Sequence record: NC_054935.2
Strand: one strand, 5' to 3'
Length of the DNA: 64,000 nucleotides
Origin: Escherichia phage YUEEL01
Positions 51,905 through 63,558 of this stretch are shown one piece after another; position 1 is the first letter of the stretch; every line of letters begins with the position of its first letter. A program made the position numbers and the translations under genes. The notes under the pieces are model-generated. The model ran no database searches. It worked only from the letters and a program-made list of their open reading frames with translations, and was not told where the DNA came from.

Positions 51905-52822
51905 ATGGATTTAGAAATGATGCTGGATGAAGATTACAAAGAAGGAATTTGCTTAATTGACTTTAGTCAAATTGCACTTTCGACTGCTCTAGTAAACTTT
52001 CCAGATAAAGAAAAAATTAATTTATCAATGGTTCGTCATTTGATATTGAACTCAATTAAGTTTAATGTCAAAAAAGCAAAAACTCTTGGATACACTAAAA
52101 TTGTACTGTGTATCGATAACGCAAAATCCGGATATTGGCGTCGTGATTTTGCTTATTATTATAAGAAAAACCGTGGAAAAGCACGAGAAGAATCTACTTG
52201 GGACTGGGAAGGTTATTTTGAATCCAGTCATAAAGTTATAGATGAATTGAAAGCTTATATGCCATACATTGTTATGGATATTGATAAGTATGAAGCAGAT
52301 GACCACATTGCTGTTCTTGTTAAAAAGTTCTCTTTAGAAGGGCACAAGATTTTAATCATTTCATCGGATGGTGACTTTACTCAACTTCACAAGTATCCAA
52401 ATGTTAAGCAATGGTCACCGATGCATAAGAAATGGGTTAAAATTAAAAGCGGTTCTGCTGAAATTGATTGCATGACTAAAATCCTTAAAGGCGACAAAAA
52501 GGATAACGTTGCTTCAGTTAAAGTACGATCTGACTTTTGGTTTACCAGAGTTGAAGGTGAACGAACTCCTTCAATGAAAACATCTATTGTTGAAGCTATT
52601 GCTAATGACCGTGAGCAAGCTAAGGTGCTTCTCACCGAATCTGAATATAATCGATACAAAGAAAATTTAGTTCTAATTGACTTTGATTATATTCCTGATA
52701 ATATTGCTTCAAACATTGTGAATTACTATAATTCATATAAATTACCACCGCGTGGCAAAATTTATTCATATTTTGTAAAAGCGGGTCTTTCTAAATTAAC
52801 TAATAGCATTAATGAATTTTGA
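51905..52822 (+). CDS. rnh: RNase H (FEN-1-like 5' nuclease)
   Basis: 305 aa from MDLEMM; exact T4 RNase H length. Confidence 0.9.
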   Translation: MDLEMMLDEDYKEGICLIDFSQIALSTALVNFPDKEKINLSMVRHLILNSIKFNVKKAKTLGYTKIVLCIDNAKSGYWRRDFAYYYKKNRGKAREESTWDWEGYFESSHKVIDELKAYMPYIVMDIDKYEADDHIAVLVKKFSLEGHKILIISSDGDFTQLHKYPNVKQWSPMHKKWVKIKSGSAEIDCMTKILKGDKKDNVASVKVRSDFWFTRVEGERTPSMKTSIVEAIANDREQAKVLLTESEYNRYKENLVLIDFDYIPDNIASNIVNYYNSYKLPPRGKIYSYFVKAGLSKLTNSINEF

Positions 52823-52830
52823 GGTGAATA

Positions 52831-53100
52831 ATGGCTAAAAAAGAAATGGTTGAATTTGATGAAGCTATTCATGGCGAAGACTTGGCCAAATTCATCAAAG
52901 AAGCATCTGATCATAAACTGAAAATTTCTGGTTATAATGAATTGATTAAAGACATTCGAATTCGTGCTAAAGATGAACTTGGCGTTGATGGAAAGATGTT
53001 TAATCGTCTGTTAGCTTTGTATCATAAAGATAACCGTGATGTGTTTGAAGCTGAAACCGAAGAGGTAGTTGAACTTTATGACACAGTTTTCTCTAAATGA
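52831..53100 (+). CDS. dsbA: DsbA dsDNA-binding late transcription enhancer
   Basis: 89 aa, exact T4 DsbA length; position. Confidence 0.8.
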   Translation: MAKKEMVEFDEAIHGEDLAKFIKEASDHKLKISGYNELIKDIRIRAKDELGVDGKMFNRLLALYHKDNRDVFEAETEEVVELYDTVFSK

Positions 53101-53416
53101 TATTCGTCCGGTCGATGAGACCGGTCTTTCAGAAAAAGAACTTTCAATTAAGAAAGAAAAGGATGAAATTGCAAAGCTTCTTGACCGTCAAGAAAATGGA
53201 TTTATTATTGAAAAAATGGTAGAAGAGTTTGGAATGAGTTATCTTGAAGCTACAACAGCATTCTTGGAAGAAAATTCTATTCCTGAAACTCAATTTGCTA
53301 AATTTATTCCTTCGGGTATAATTGAAAAAATTCAGTCAGAAGCTATTGACGAAAATCTTTTACGTCCTTCTGTTGTTCGTTGTGAAAAAACTAATACCTT
53401 AGATTTTCTACTATGA
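53078..53416 (+). CDS. 33: gp33 late transcription co-activator
   Basis: 112 aa from MTQFSLNDIRP. Confidence 0.8.
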   Translation: MTQFSLNDIRPVDETGLSEKELSIKKEKDEIAKLLDRQENGFIIEKMVEEFGMSYLEATTAFLEENSIPETQFAKFIPSGIIEKIQSEAIDENLLRPSVVRCEKTNTLDFLL

Positions 53417-54066
53417 TTAAACTCCGCATGCCTGCTGGTGGTGAAAGATATATTGATGGTAAATCAGTTTATAAATTATACTTAATGATAAAACAACATA
53501 TGAATGGAAAGTATGATGTAATTAAGTATAATTGGTGCATGCGGGTGTCTGATGCCGCTTATCAAAAGCGAAGGGATAAGTATTTTTTCCAGAAGTTATC
53601 AGAAAAATATAAATTAAAGGAACTTGCTTTAATCTTTATAAGCAATCTTGTTGCTAACCAAGATGCTTGGATTGGTGACATCTCTGACGCTGATGCACTT
53701 GTGTTTTATCGTGAATATATCGGACGCTTAAAGCAAATTAAATTTAAGTTTGAAGAAGATATTCGCAATATTTACTATTTTAGTAAAAAAGTTGAAGTTT
53801 CTGCTTTTAAAGAAATCTTTGAGTATAATCCAAAAGTTCAATCAAGTTATATTTTTAAACTACTTCAATCGAATATAATTTCGTTTGAGACGTTTATCTT
53901 GCTTGATTCGTTTTTAAATATAATTGATAAACATGATGAACAGACTGATAATTTAGTCTGGAATAATTATTCTATAAAGTTAAAGGCTTATAGAAAAATT
54001 TTAAATATTGATTCACAGAAAGCCAAAAGTGTTTTCATTGAAACTGTGAAATCTTGCAAGTATTAA
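53413..54066 (+). CDS. 59: gp59 helicase loader
   Basis: 217 aa, exact T4 gp59 length; position upstream of gene 32. Confidence 0.85.
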   Translation: MIKLRMPAGGERYIDGKSVYKLYLMIKQHMNGKYDVIKYNWCMRVSDAAYQKRRDKYFFQKLSEKYKLKELALIFISNLVANQDAWIGDISDADALVFYREYIGRLKQIKFKFEEDIRNIYYFSKKVEVSAFKEIFEYNPKVQSSYIFKLLQSNIISFETFILLDSFLNIIDKHDEQTDNLVWNNYSIKLKAYRKILNIDSQKAKSVFIETVKSCKY

Positions 54067-54091
54067 TTGCTTATTATAAATAGATTATAAT
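54065..54091 (+). promoter_or_regulatory. gene 32 promoter region: MotA-type middle promoter overlapping a late TATAAATA
   Basis: aatTGCTTat, 11 bp, TATAAT; TATAAATA at 54075-54082. Confidence 0.45.
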
Positions 54092-54165
54092 TATCTCACT
54101 GACCAGCTATGAGGTCATACATCGTCATAGCACCAACTGTTAATTAAATTAAAAAGGAAATAAAA

Positions 54166-55074
54166 ATGTTTAAACGTAAATCTACTGCTGAACTCGCTGC
54201 ACAAATGGCTAAACTGGCTGGAAATAAAGGTGGTTTTTCTTCTGAAGATAAAGGCGAGTGGAAACTGAAACTCGATAATGCGGGTAACGGTCAAGCAGTA
54301 ATTCGTTTTCTTCCGTCTAAAAATGATGAACAAGCACCATTCGCAATTCTTGTAAATCACGGTTTCAAGAAAAATGGTAAATGGTATATCGAAAACTGTT
54401 CATCTACCCACGGTGATTACGATTCTTGTCCAGTATGTCAGTACATCAGTAAAAATGATTTGTACAACACTGACAATAAAGAGTACGGTCTTGTTAAACG
54501 TAAAACTTCTTACTGGGCTAACATTCTTGTAGTAAAAGACCCAGCTGCTCCAGAAAATGAAGGTAAAGTATTTAAATACCGTTTCGGTAAGAAAATCTGG
54601 GATAAAATCAATGCAATGATTGCAGTTGATGTTGAAATGGGTGAAACTCCGGTTGATGTAACTTGTCCGTGGGAAGGTGCTAACTTTGTACTGAAAGTTA
54701 AACAAGTTTCTGGTTTTAGTAACTACGATGAATCTAAATTCCTGAATCAATCTGCGATTCCAAACATTGATGATGAATCTTTCCAGAAAGAACTGTTCGA
54801 ACAAATGGTTGACCTTTCTGAAATGACTTCTAAAGATAAATTCAAATCGTTTGAAGAACTGAGCACTAAGTTCAGTCAAGTTATGGGAACTGCTGCTATG
54901 GGTGGTGCCGCAGCAACTGCCGCTAAGAAAGCTGATAAAGTTGCTGATGATTTGGACGCATTCAATGTTGATGACTTCAAAACAAAAACTGAAGATGATT
55001 TTATGAGCTCAAGCTCTGGCAGTTCATCTAGTGCTGATGACACGGACCTGGATGACCTTTTGAATGACCTTTAA
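54166..55074 (+). CDS. 32: gp32 single-stranded DNA binding protein
   Basis: 302 codons; zinc-binding Cys/His cluster; acidic C-terminus. Confidence 0.95.
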   Translation: MFKRKSTAELAAQMAKLAGNKGGFSSEDKGEWKLKLDNAGNGQAVIRFLPSKNDEQAPFAILVNHGFKKNGKWYIENCSSTHGDYDSCPVCQYISKNDLYNTDNKEYGLVKRKTSYWANILVVKDPAAPENEGKVFKYRFGKKIWDKINAMIAVDVEMGETPVDVTCPWEGANFVLKVKQVSGFSNYDESKFLNQSAIPNIDDESFQKELFEQMVDLSEMTSKDKFKSFEELSTKFSQVMGTAAMGGAAATAAKKADKVADDLDAFNVDDFKTKTEDDFMSSSSGSSSSADDTDLDDLLNDL

Positions 55075-55096
55075 TAGATTATATTACTAATTAATT

Positions 55097-55121
55097 GGGG
55101 ACCCTAGAGGTCCCCTTTTTA
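55097..55121 (+). terminator. intrinsic terminator after gene 32
   Basis: GGGGACC-CTAGA-GGTCCCC then TTTTT. Confidence 0.75.
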
Positions 55122-55148
55122 TTTCATTTTTTTTTTTTTCACAAAACG

Positions 55149-55178
55149 GTTTACATCCCTGTTCTTCTATGGTACTAT
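55149..55178 (+). promoter_or_regulatory. T4-type early promoter
   Basis: GTTTAC, 18 bp, TACTAT. Confidence 0.6.
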
Positions 55179-55221
55179 ACAACTATCGGCAATACTGCTG
55201 ACGATTAAAGAGGAAAACAAT

Positions 55222-55449
55222 ATGGCTAAAGTTGATATTGACATCGTTGATTTTGAATATATTGAAGAAATTATTCGTAATCGTTATCCTGAACTTAGTA
55301 TCACAAGAGTACAAGATTCTAAGTTTTGGAGTATTCAAATCGTTATTGAAGGTCCTCTTGAAGACCTCACCCGCTTTATGGCTAATGAATATTGTGATGG
55401 TATGGATTCTGAAGACGCAGAATTTTATATGGGACTGATTGAACAATAA
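55222..55449 (+). CDS. small acidic hypothetical protein
   Basis: 75-aa ORF. Confidence 0.4.
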   Translation: MAKVDIDIVDFEYIEEIIRNRYPELSITRVQDSKFWSIQIVIEGPLEDLTRFMANEYCDGMDSEDAEFYMGLIEQ

Positions 55450-55493
55450 TTATCAAGGGGCTATTACAGCCCCGTTAAAATGAGGAAAACGTA

Positions 55494-55859
55494 ATGTATA
55501 TTGGCAAAAAGTATGAACTTGTTCCAAGACTTATTGATACATTTATTAATTATCGCCCACGTTCTAATTCATCAATAGTTAAAATTATTCAAGAAAATGG
55601 CGGATGGTTTGAAGTTAAAGAAGCTTTCTTTGCTGATGGATTTAGAGTAATAAAACACATTGAATGCGCAAATGGAAAGCATTTTTACTTTAACGTTTGC
55701 GAAGACGAATTTCATTGTTTCCGCGAGTATAAAGAACCAACTTCTGAAGAAGATGAAGTCAAAGACAAGGTTTCTGGCGTAACAAAAATTCACTGCATTG
55801 TAGACGAAAACAATGTAGACGAAATCATTGAACTTTTGCGAAAAACTTTCAAAAAGTAG
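55494..55859 (+). CDS. hypothetical protein
   Basis: 121-aa ORF. Confidence 0.4.
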   Translation: MYIGKKYELVPRLIDTFINYRPRSNSSIVKIIQENGGWFEVKEAFFADGFRVIKHIECANGKHFYFNVCEDEFHCFREYKEPTSEEDEVKDKVSGVTKIHCIVDENNVDEIIELLRKTFKK

Positions 55860-55888
55860 TTTACAGAAGGGTAGTAGTGTGATACTAT
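55859..55888 (+). promoter_or_regulatory. T4-type early promoter
   Basis: GTTTAC, 18 bp, TACTAT. Confidence 0.6.
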
Positions 55889-55997
55889 TACCCTATCAAA
55901 ACTAATGGAGAAAAGAAAATGTTCGCACCTTATATTATGGCAGCAGTTATGTTAGTTTGCTTATACCTTTTGATTAAAGCTTGCTAAGGAGAATAAA

Positions 55998-56240
55998 ATG
56001 AGATTACAACGTCAGAGCATTAAAGATTCAGAAGTTAGAGGTAAATGGTATTTTAATATCATCGGTAAAGATTCTGAACCTGTTGAAAAAGCTGAACGTC
56101 TTTTGCGTGATATGGGATGGGAAGATGAATGTGATGGATGCCCTCTTTATGAGGATGGAGAAAGCGCAGGATTCTGGATTTACCATTCTGACGTTGAACA
56201 GTTTAAAACTGATTGGAAAATTGTGAAAAAGTCTGTATGA
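55998..56240 (+). CDS. hypothetical protein
   Basis: 80-aa ORF. Confidence 0.4.
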   Translation: MRLQRQSIKDSEVRGKWYFNIIGKDSEPVEKAERLLRDMGWEDECDGCPLYEDGESAGFWIYHSDVEQFKTDWKIVKKSV

Positions 56241-56250
56241 GGAAAACATT

Positions 56251-56586
56251 ATGTCTGACATTCATGTAACTGGAATTTCCCAAGTAAACATTCGCTGCCA
56301 ATTTAAAACTGTACCTGGGGTGACTCATATTACTTTATCACACGACCCATATTCTCGTGGAAGACAGTTAACTGGCGTAATTAAGTTTTTCGGTGGAATT
56401 GGCGGAAACGAATTTACTATAGGCGATGACGAAATTGTTGGCTGTAAACTAAAAGTTCAAAAGGGCGTGTTAGAACTTTTTAGTGATGAAGTTTTTGATG
56501 AAATCTCACAAGCAGTTAATAAAGGACTGCTAACGTTAATTAAAATGATTAAAGCTAGTGGATATGTTCCCGATCCTTTATATTAG
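56251..56586 (+). CDS. hypothetical protein
   Basis: 111-aa ORF. Confidence 0.4.
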   Translation: MSDIHVTGISQVNIRCQFKTVPGVTHITLSHDPYSRGRQLTGVIKFFGGIGGNEFTIGDDEIVGCKLKVQKGVLELFSDEVFDEISQAVNKGLLTLIKMIKASGYVPDPLY

Positions 56587-56594
56587 GAGATAAT

Positions 56595-56837
56595 ATGATT
56601 TTTGTATTTGAATTTATGAATGATGAATTCGATTATGCAATTTTTAACGCATTGCATAATCCTGATTTAAATGAATTTAATGAAATGTTTTCTGACGCTT
56701 TGAGTATGTCAGAAGAATACTGTGGAGAATGTCAACGTGTTTGTGTGACAGTTTTTGAAAACAAAGAAAAGACATATGAAGAATTATTTTTTGATGCTAA
56801 TAAAGCCACTGAATGGTTTATTGAAAGGGGGTTTTGA
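56595..56837 (+). CDS. hypothetical protein
   Basis: 80-aa ORF. Confidence 0.4.
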   Translation: MIFVFEFMNDEFDYAIFNALHNPDLNEFNEMFSDALSMSEEYCGECQRVCVTVFENKEKTYEELFFDANKATEWFIERGF

Positions 56838-57624
<787 letters not shown>

Positions 57625-57625
<1 letters not shown>

Positions 57626-58173
57626 TGAAACAATACCAATTTTTAATTAAAGATATCCTGGAAAATGGCTATGAAACCGATGACCGAACAGGCACAGGAA
57701 CAATTGCTTTGTTCGGTACTAAATTGCGCTGGGATTTAAGTAAAGGTTTTCCTGCAGTAACAACTAAGAAGCTCGCCTGGAAAGCTTGCATTGCTGAGCT
57801 CCTTTGGTTTTTATCGGGAAGCACAAATGTCAATGATTTGCGATTAATTCAACATGATTCATTAATTCAAGGCAAAACAGTCTGGGATGAAAATTACGAA
57901 AATCAAGCAAAAGATTTAGGATATCATAGTGGTGAACTTGGTCCAATTTATGGAAAACAATGGCGTGATTTTGGCGGTGTAGACCAAATTATAGAAGTTG
58001 TTGATCGTATTAAAAAACTACCAAATGATAGGCGTCAAATTGTTTCTGCATGGAATCCAGCTGAACTTAAATATATGGCATTACCGCCTTGTCATATGTT
58101 CTATCAGTTTAATGTGCGTAATGGCTATTTGGATTTGCAGTGGTATCAACGTTCGGTAGATGTTTTCTTGGGT
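57625..58173 (+). CDS. td: thymidylate synthase, exon 1
   Basis: Starts MKQYQ; ends ...QRSVDVFLG exactly at the T4 td 5' splice site. Confidence 0.9.
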
Positions 58174-59189
58174 TAATTGAGGCCTGAGTATAAGGTGACT
58201 TATACTTGTAATCTATCTAAACGGGGAAACTCTCTAGTAGACAATCCCGTGCTAAATTGTAGGACTGCCCTTTAATAAATACTTCTATATTCAAAGAGGT
58301 ATTTATGAAAAGCGGAATTTATCAGATTAAAAATACTTTAAACAATAAAGTATATGTAGGAAGTGCTAAAGATTTTGAAAAGAGATGGAAGAGGCATTTT
58401 AAAGATTTAGAAAAAGGATGCCATTCTTCTATAAAACTTCAGAGGTCTTTTAACAAACATGGTAATGTGTTTGAATGTTCTATTTTGGAAGAAATTCCAT
58501 ATGAGAAAGATTTGATTATTGAACGAGAAAATTTTTGGATTAAAGAGCTTAATTCTAAAATTAATGGATACAATATTGCTGACGCAACGTTTGGTGATAC
58601 ATGTTCTACGCATCCATTAAAAGAAGAAATTATTAAGAAACGTTCTGAAACTGTTAAAGCTAAGATGCTTAAACTTGGACCTGATGGTCGGAAAGCTCTT
58701 TACAGTAAACCCGGAAGTAAAAACGGGCGTTGGAATCCAGAAACCCATAAGTTTTGTAAGTGCGGTGTTCGCATACAAACTTCTGCTTATACTTGTAGTA
58801 AATGCAGAAATCGTTCAGGTGAAAATAATTCATTCTTTAATCATAAGCATTCAGACATAACTAAATCTAAAATATCAGAAAAGATGAAAGGTAAAAAGCC
58901 TAGTAATATTAAAAAGATTTCATGTGATGGGGTTATTTTTGATTGTGCAGCAGATGCAGCTAGACATTTTAAAATTTCGTCTGGATTAGTTACTTATCGT
59001 GTAAAATCTGATAAATGGAATTGGTTCTACATAAATGCCTAACGACTATCCCTTTGGGGAGTAGGGTCAAGTGACTCGAAACGATAGACAACTTGCTTTA
59101 ACAAGTTGGAGATATAGTCTGATCTGCATGGTGACATGCAGCTGGATATAATTCCGGGGTAAGATTAACGACCTTATCTGAACATAATG
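58174..59189 (+). mobile_element. group I self-splicing intron in td (1016 nt) carrying homing endonuclease ORF
   Basis: 5' end TAATTGAGGCCTGAGTATAAGGTGAC and 3' end ...AACATAATG match recalled T4 td intron; exon frames join to ...VFLG|LPFNIASYA. Confidence 0.85.
58305..59042 (+). CDS. I-TevI: I-TevI GIY-YIG homing endonuclease (intron-encoded)
   Basis: 245 aa; N-terminal GIYQIKN...YVGSA GIY-YIG motif; sequence recognised. Confidence 0.9.
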   Translation: MKSGIYQIKNTLNNKVYVGSAKDFEKRWKRHFKDLEKGCHSSIKLQRSFNKHGNVFECSILEEIPYEKDLIIERENFWIKELNSKINGYNIADATFGDTCSTHPLKEEIIKKRSETVKAKMLKLGPDGRKALYSKPGSKNGRWNPETHKFCKCGVRIQTSAYTCSKCRNRSGENNSFFNHKHSDITKSKISEKMKGKKPSNIKKISCDGVIFDCAADAARHFKISSGLVTYRVKSDKWNWFYINA

Positions 59190-59501
59190 CTTCCATTTAA
59201 TATTGCATCATACGCTGCGTTAGTTCATATTGTAGCTAAGATGTGTAATCTTATTCCGGGAGATTTGATATTTTCTGGTGGTAATACTCATATCTATATG
59301 AATCACGTAGAACAATGTAAAGAAATTTTGCGTCGTGAACCTATGGATTTATGCGAATTGCAATTAAAATTTCCAGATGAATTCGATGAATGGGGTACAG
59401 AATCACAGGTATTTTGGTTGAGTCAATTCGCAAAGCCGCATAATTTTGTTCTTAACAACTATGTATCTCACCCGCCAATTAAAGGAAAGATGGCGGTGTA
59501 A
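59190..59501 (+). CDS. td: thymidylate synthase, exon 2
   Basis: LPFNIASYAALVHI... continues TS reading frame to stop. Confidence 0.9.
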   Translation, partial: LPFNIASYAALVHIVAKMCNLIPGDLIFSGGNTHIYMNHVEQCKEILRREPMDLCELQLKFPDEFDEWGTESQVFWLSQFAKPHNFVLNNYVSHPPIKGKMAV

Positions 59502-59512
59502 TTTCAATTTAA

Positions 59513-59788
59513 TTGCGAGGATATATGATTTTACGATTTAAAGATACTTCTGGTGCAGTTCTTTTTACACTTCCTAATCCAAGTGAGCTAGAAGTTCCAG
59601 GACCAAATCAGCCTATTATCATTTATGGCAAAAAATATTATACTCATAAAATGACTCGTGAGTATTTTGATAATAAAATTTCTACAGTTAAAACTTCTTC
59701 TGATTGTTACTATGATATTACTGTTTTAACGGAAAAACAATATGACGAATTATCACCGCGCGGGCCGTCTATGCCAGGTAGTGAATAA
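59513..59788 (+). CDS. hypothetical protein
   Basis: 91-aa ORF. Confidence 0.4.
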   Translation: MRGYMILRFKDTSGAVLFTLPNPSELEVPGPNQPIIIYGKKYYTHKMTREYFDNKISTVKTSSDCYYDITVLTEKQYDELSPRGPSMPGSE

Positions 59789-60068
59789 ATATAAATCCGA
59801 CTTTGATGTTAATATTCACCGCGGTACATTTTGGGGAAATTACGTCGGTAAAGATGCTGGCAGCCGGGAGGCTGCCATTGAATTATTCAAAAAAGATTTT
59901 ATACGTCGAATTAAATCCGGAGAAATAACTAAAGCACATTTAGAGCCTTTACGTGGAATGAGGCTAGGATGCACATGTAAACCAAAGCCGTGTCATGGTG
60001 ATATAATAGCTCATATAGTTAACCGATTGTTTAAAGACGATTTTCAAGTTGAGGACTTATGCAATTAA
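59742..60068 (+). CDS. hypothetical protein with Cys/His cluster
   Basis: 108-aa ORF; [11 protein letters not shown] motif. Confidence 0.4.
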   Translation: MTNYHRAGRLCQVVNKYKSDFDVNIHRGTFWGNYVGKDAGSREAAIELFKKDFIRRIKSGEITKAHLEPLRGMRLGCTCKPKPCHGDIIAHIVNRLFKDDFQVEDLCN

Positions 60069-62323
60069 TTAATGTTATCAAAAGTAGTGGTGTTTCTCAG
60101 AGCTTTGACCCACAAAAAATTATTAAAGTTTTATCTTGGGCAGCTGAGGGAACATCAGTAGATCCTTATGAATTATATGAAAATATTAAATCTTATCTCC
60201 GTGATGGAATGACAACTGATGATATTCAGACTATTGTCATTAAGGCCGCTGCGAATTCTATTTCGGTCGAAGAGCCTGATTATCAATATGTAGCTGCACG
60301 TTGTCTAATGTTCGCTCTTCGTAAGCATGTTTATGGGCAGTATGAACCGCGTTCATTTATTGACCATATTTCTTACTGTGTAAATGAAGGTAAATACGAC
60401 CCTGAACTGTTGTCAAAATATTCAGCAGAAGAAATTACATTTTTAGAATCAAAAATTAAGCACGAACGGGATATGGAATTTACTTATTCCGGGGCGATGC
60501 AATTAAAAGAAAAATATCTAGTTAAAGATAAAACCACTGGTCAAATTTATGAAACTCCACAGTTTGCATTTATGACTATTGGAATGGCCTTGCATCAAGA
60601 TGAACCTGTTGATAGATTAAAACACGTTATTCGTTTTTATGAAGCAGTATCTACTCGACAGATTTCATTACCAACTCCTATTATGGCTGGTTGTCGTACT
60701 CCGACTCGACAGTTTAGTTCATGTGTTGTTATTGAGGCAGGTGATTCATTAAAGTCTATCAACAAGGCTTCCGCTTCAATTGTTGAATATATCTCTAAAC
60801 GCGCTGGAATTGGTATTAACGTTGGTATGATTCGTGCTGAAGGTTCTAAGATTGGCATGGGTGAAGTACGCCATACTGGTGTTATTCCTTTTTGGAAACA
60901 TTTTCAGACTGCAGTTAAATCATGCTCACAGGGTGGAATTCGTGGCGGCGCTGCTACTGCTTATTATCCTATTTGGCATTTGGAAGTTGAAAATCTTCTC
61001 GTTTTGAAAAATAACAAAGGCGTAGAAGAAAACCGCATTCGTCATATGGATTATGGTGTTCAACTGAATGATTTGATGATGGAACGATTCGGAAAGAATG
61101 ATTACATTACTTTGTTCAGTCCGCATGAAATGGGTGGCGAGCTTTATTATTCTTATTTTAAAGACCAAAACCGTTTCCGTGAATTATACGAAGCAGCAGA
61201 AAAAGACCCTAATATTCGTAAAAAGCGTATTAAAGCCCGTGAACTATTTGAATTGCTCATGACTGAACGTTCAGGAACCGCAAGGATTTATGTGCAGTTC
61301 ATTGATAATACGAATAACTATACTCCGTTTATTCGTGAAAAGGCGCCTATTCGTCAGAGTAACTTGTGCTGTGAAATTGCTATTCCAACAAATGATGTGA
61401 ATAGTCCTGATGCTGAAATTGGATTGTGTACTCTCTCTGCATTCGTACTAGATAATTTTGACTGGCAAGACCAAGATAAAATTAATGAATTGGCAGAAGT
61501 TCAAGTTCGTGCTCTTGATAATCTTTTGGATTACCAAGGATATCCAGTTCCTGAAGCAGAAAAAGCTAAAAAGCGTCGTAACCTCGGTGTAGGTGTTACT
61601 AACTATGCAGCTTGGCTGGCAAGTAACTTTGCTTCTTATGAAGATGCTAACGATTTAACACATGAACTATTTGAGAGATTACAGTATGGACTCATTAAAG
61701 CATCCATTAAGCTCGCCAAAGAAAAAGGACCTTGTGAATATTATTCAGACACTCGTTGGTCTCGAGGCGAATTACCTATCGACTGGTACAATAAAAAGAT
61801 TGACCAAATCGCAGCTCCAAAATACGTTTGTGATTGGGACGAACTTCGATCTGAACTCAAACAGCATGGAATTAGAAATTCTACTTTATCCGCGTTGATG
61901 CCTTGCGAATCGTCCAGTCAGGTATCTAACAGTACAAACGGTATCGAGCCTCCACGTGGACCAGTCTCTGTTAAAGAATCAAAAGAGGGCTCCTTTAATC
62001 AAGTCGTGCCCAATATTGAGCATAACATAGACCTTTACGACTATACATGGAAATTAGCTAAGAAAGGTAATAAACCTTATCTTACGCAGGTAGCTATTAT
62101 GCTGAAATGGGTTTGTCAATCAGCTTCGGCGAATACATACTATGACCCCCAAATCTTCCCTAAAGGCAAGGTTCCAATGTCAATAATGATTGATGACCTT
62201 TTGTATTTTTGGTATTTTGGCGGAAAAAATTTCTATTATCATAATACCCGCGATGGTTCTGGTACTGATGATTATGAAATAGAAACTCCAAAAGCTGAAG
62301 ATTGTTCATCCTGTAAATTATGA
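60059..62323 (+). CDS. nrdA: ribonucleotide reductase large subunit (class Ia)
   Basis: 754 aa, exact T4 NrdA length; ATP-cone N-terminus; C-terminal CxxC. Confidence 0.95.
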   Translation: MQLINVIKSSGVSQSFDPQKIIKVLSWAAEGTSVDPYELYENIKSYLRDGMTTDDIQTIVIKAAANSISVEEPDYQYVAARCLMFALRKHVYGQYEPRSFIDHISYCVNEGKYDPELLSKYSAEEITFLESKIKHERDMEFTYSGAMQLKEKYLVKDKTTGQIYETPQFAFMTIGMALHQDEPVDRLKHVIRFYEAVSTRQISLPTPIMAGCRTPTRQFSSCVVIEAGDSLKSINKASASIVEYISKRAGIGINVGMIRAEGSKIGMGEVRHTGVIPFWKHFQTAVKSCSQGGIRGGAATAYYPIWHLEVENLLVLKNNKGVEENRIRHMDYGVQLNDLMMERFGKNDYITLFSPHEMGGELYYSYFKDQNRFRELYEAAEKDPNIRKKRIKARELFELLMTERSGTARIYVQFIDNTNNYTPFIREKAPIRQSNLCCEIAIPTNDVNSPDAEIGLCTLSAFVLDNFDWQDQDKINELAEVQVRALDNLLDYQGYPVPEAEKAKKRRNLGVGVTNYAAWLASNFASYEDANDLTHELFERLQYGLIKASIKLAKEKGPCEYYSDTRWSRGELPIDWYNKKIDQIAAPKYVCDWDELRSELKQHGIRNSTLSALMPCESSSQVSNSTNGIEPPRGPVSVKESKEGSFNQVVPNIEHNIDLYDYTWKLAKKGNKPYLTQVAIMLKWVCQSASANTYYDPQIFPKGKVPMSIMIDDLLYFWYFGGKNFYYHNTRDGSGTDDYEIETPKAEDCSSCKL

Positions 62324-62374
62324 TATAATTTGACTCACGGACGAGTCACCAACTATTAACTAAGCGGAAAATTT

Positions 62375-63553
62375 ATGAGCACAGTTTTTAATACAAATCC
62401 AGTTGATGTTTTAAAAGAACCTATGTTTTTTGGTTCAGGTCTTGGTATTGCGCGTTATGATATTCAACGTCATAAAGTTTTTGAAGATTTAACCGAAAAG
62501 CAATTATCATTTTTCTGGCGTCCTGAAGAAGTAAACTTGATGATGGATGCTGCACAGTTTAATAAGCTTCCTCAGTATCAGCAAAATATTTTTACTAACA
62601 ACTTGAAGTATCAATCACTTTTAGATAGCATTCAGGGTCGCGCGCCATCTGCTGTACTTATGTCATTAATTTCAGACCCAAGCCTTGATACATGGGTTGC
62701 TACATGGACTTTTAGTGAAACTATTCACAGTCGTTCATATACTCATATCATGCGAAATCTTTATACTGATCCATCGAAGGTATTTGATGAAATTGTATTA
62801 GATGAAGCTATTATGAAACGTGCTGAATCCATTGGACGTTATTATGATGATGTTCTGATTAAAACTCGTTATTGGGAAAACGCTAAAGCTGATATCGAAT
62901 ACCAAAAAGAAATTAATGCAGACGAAGACGTTATTGAAGATGCTATTGAGCATGAGACATATTGGAAGCGTGAGCTAATGAAATCTCTTTACCTCTGTTT
63001 GCACGTTATTAATGCATTAGAAGCTATTCGTTTTTATGTATCCTTTGCGTGTACCTTTAACTTCCATAAAAACATGGAAATCATGGAAGGTAATGCCAAG
63101 ATTATGAAGTTCATTGCACGTGATGAGCAGCTTCATCTTAAAGGTACACAATATATTATTCGTCAACTTCAATCTGGTACTGATGGCGATCAATGGGTTA
63201 AAATTGCTCAAGAGTGTGAACAAGAAGCAGTTGATATTTTCATGGAAGTTAACCGTCAAGAAAAAGATTGGGCAGTTCATTTATTTAAAGATGGCGATGT
63301 TCCTGGATTAAATACAAATAGCATGTGGAGCTTTATTGATTACTTAACTGTATCTCGTATGAAACAGTGTGGTCTTCCATGCCCAATTACCGATGCTCCG
63401 GTTAAACATCCGTATCCTTGGATTCGTGAATACCTTAATTCTGATAATGTTCAATCCGCACCACAAGAAGTAGAACTGTCATCTTACCTTGTAGCACAGA
63501 TTGATAATGATGTTGATGATAAAGTTATGATGAGTTTTAAAAAATATTTTTAA
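62375..63553 (+). CDS. nrdB: ribonucleotide reductase small subunit; uninterrupted (no intron)
   Basis: 392 aa single ORF; directly downstream of nrdA. Confidence 0.9.
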   Translation: MSTVFNTNPVDVLKEPMFFGSGLGIARYDIQRHKVFEDLTEKQLSFFWRPEEVNLMMDAAQFNKLPQYQQNIFTNNLKYQSLLDSIQGRAPSAVLMSLISDPSLDTWVATWTFSETIHSRSYTHIMRNLYTDPSKVFDEIVLDEAIMKRAESIGRYYDDVLIKTRYWENAKADIEYQKEINADEDVIEDAIEHETYWKRELMKSLYLCLHVINALEAIRFYVSFACTFNFHKNMEIMEGNAKIMKFIARDEQLHLKGTQYIIRQLQSGTDGDQWVKIAQECEQEAVDIFMEVNRQEKDWAVHLFKDGDVPGLNTNSMWSFIDYLTVSRMKQCGLPCPITDAPVKHPYPWIREYLNSDNVQSAPQEVELSSYLVAQIDNDVDDKVMMSFKKYF

Positions 63554-63558
63554 GGAGT

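Noticed and set aside
62375-63553. Group I intron with I-TevIII in nrdB, and mobE between nrdA and nrdB
   Set aside because: nrdB is one continuous ORF and the nrdA-nrdB spacer is only about 50 bp; neither element is present.
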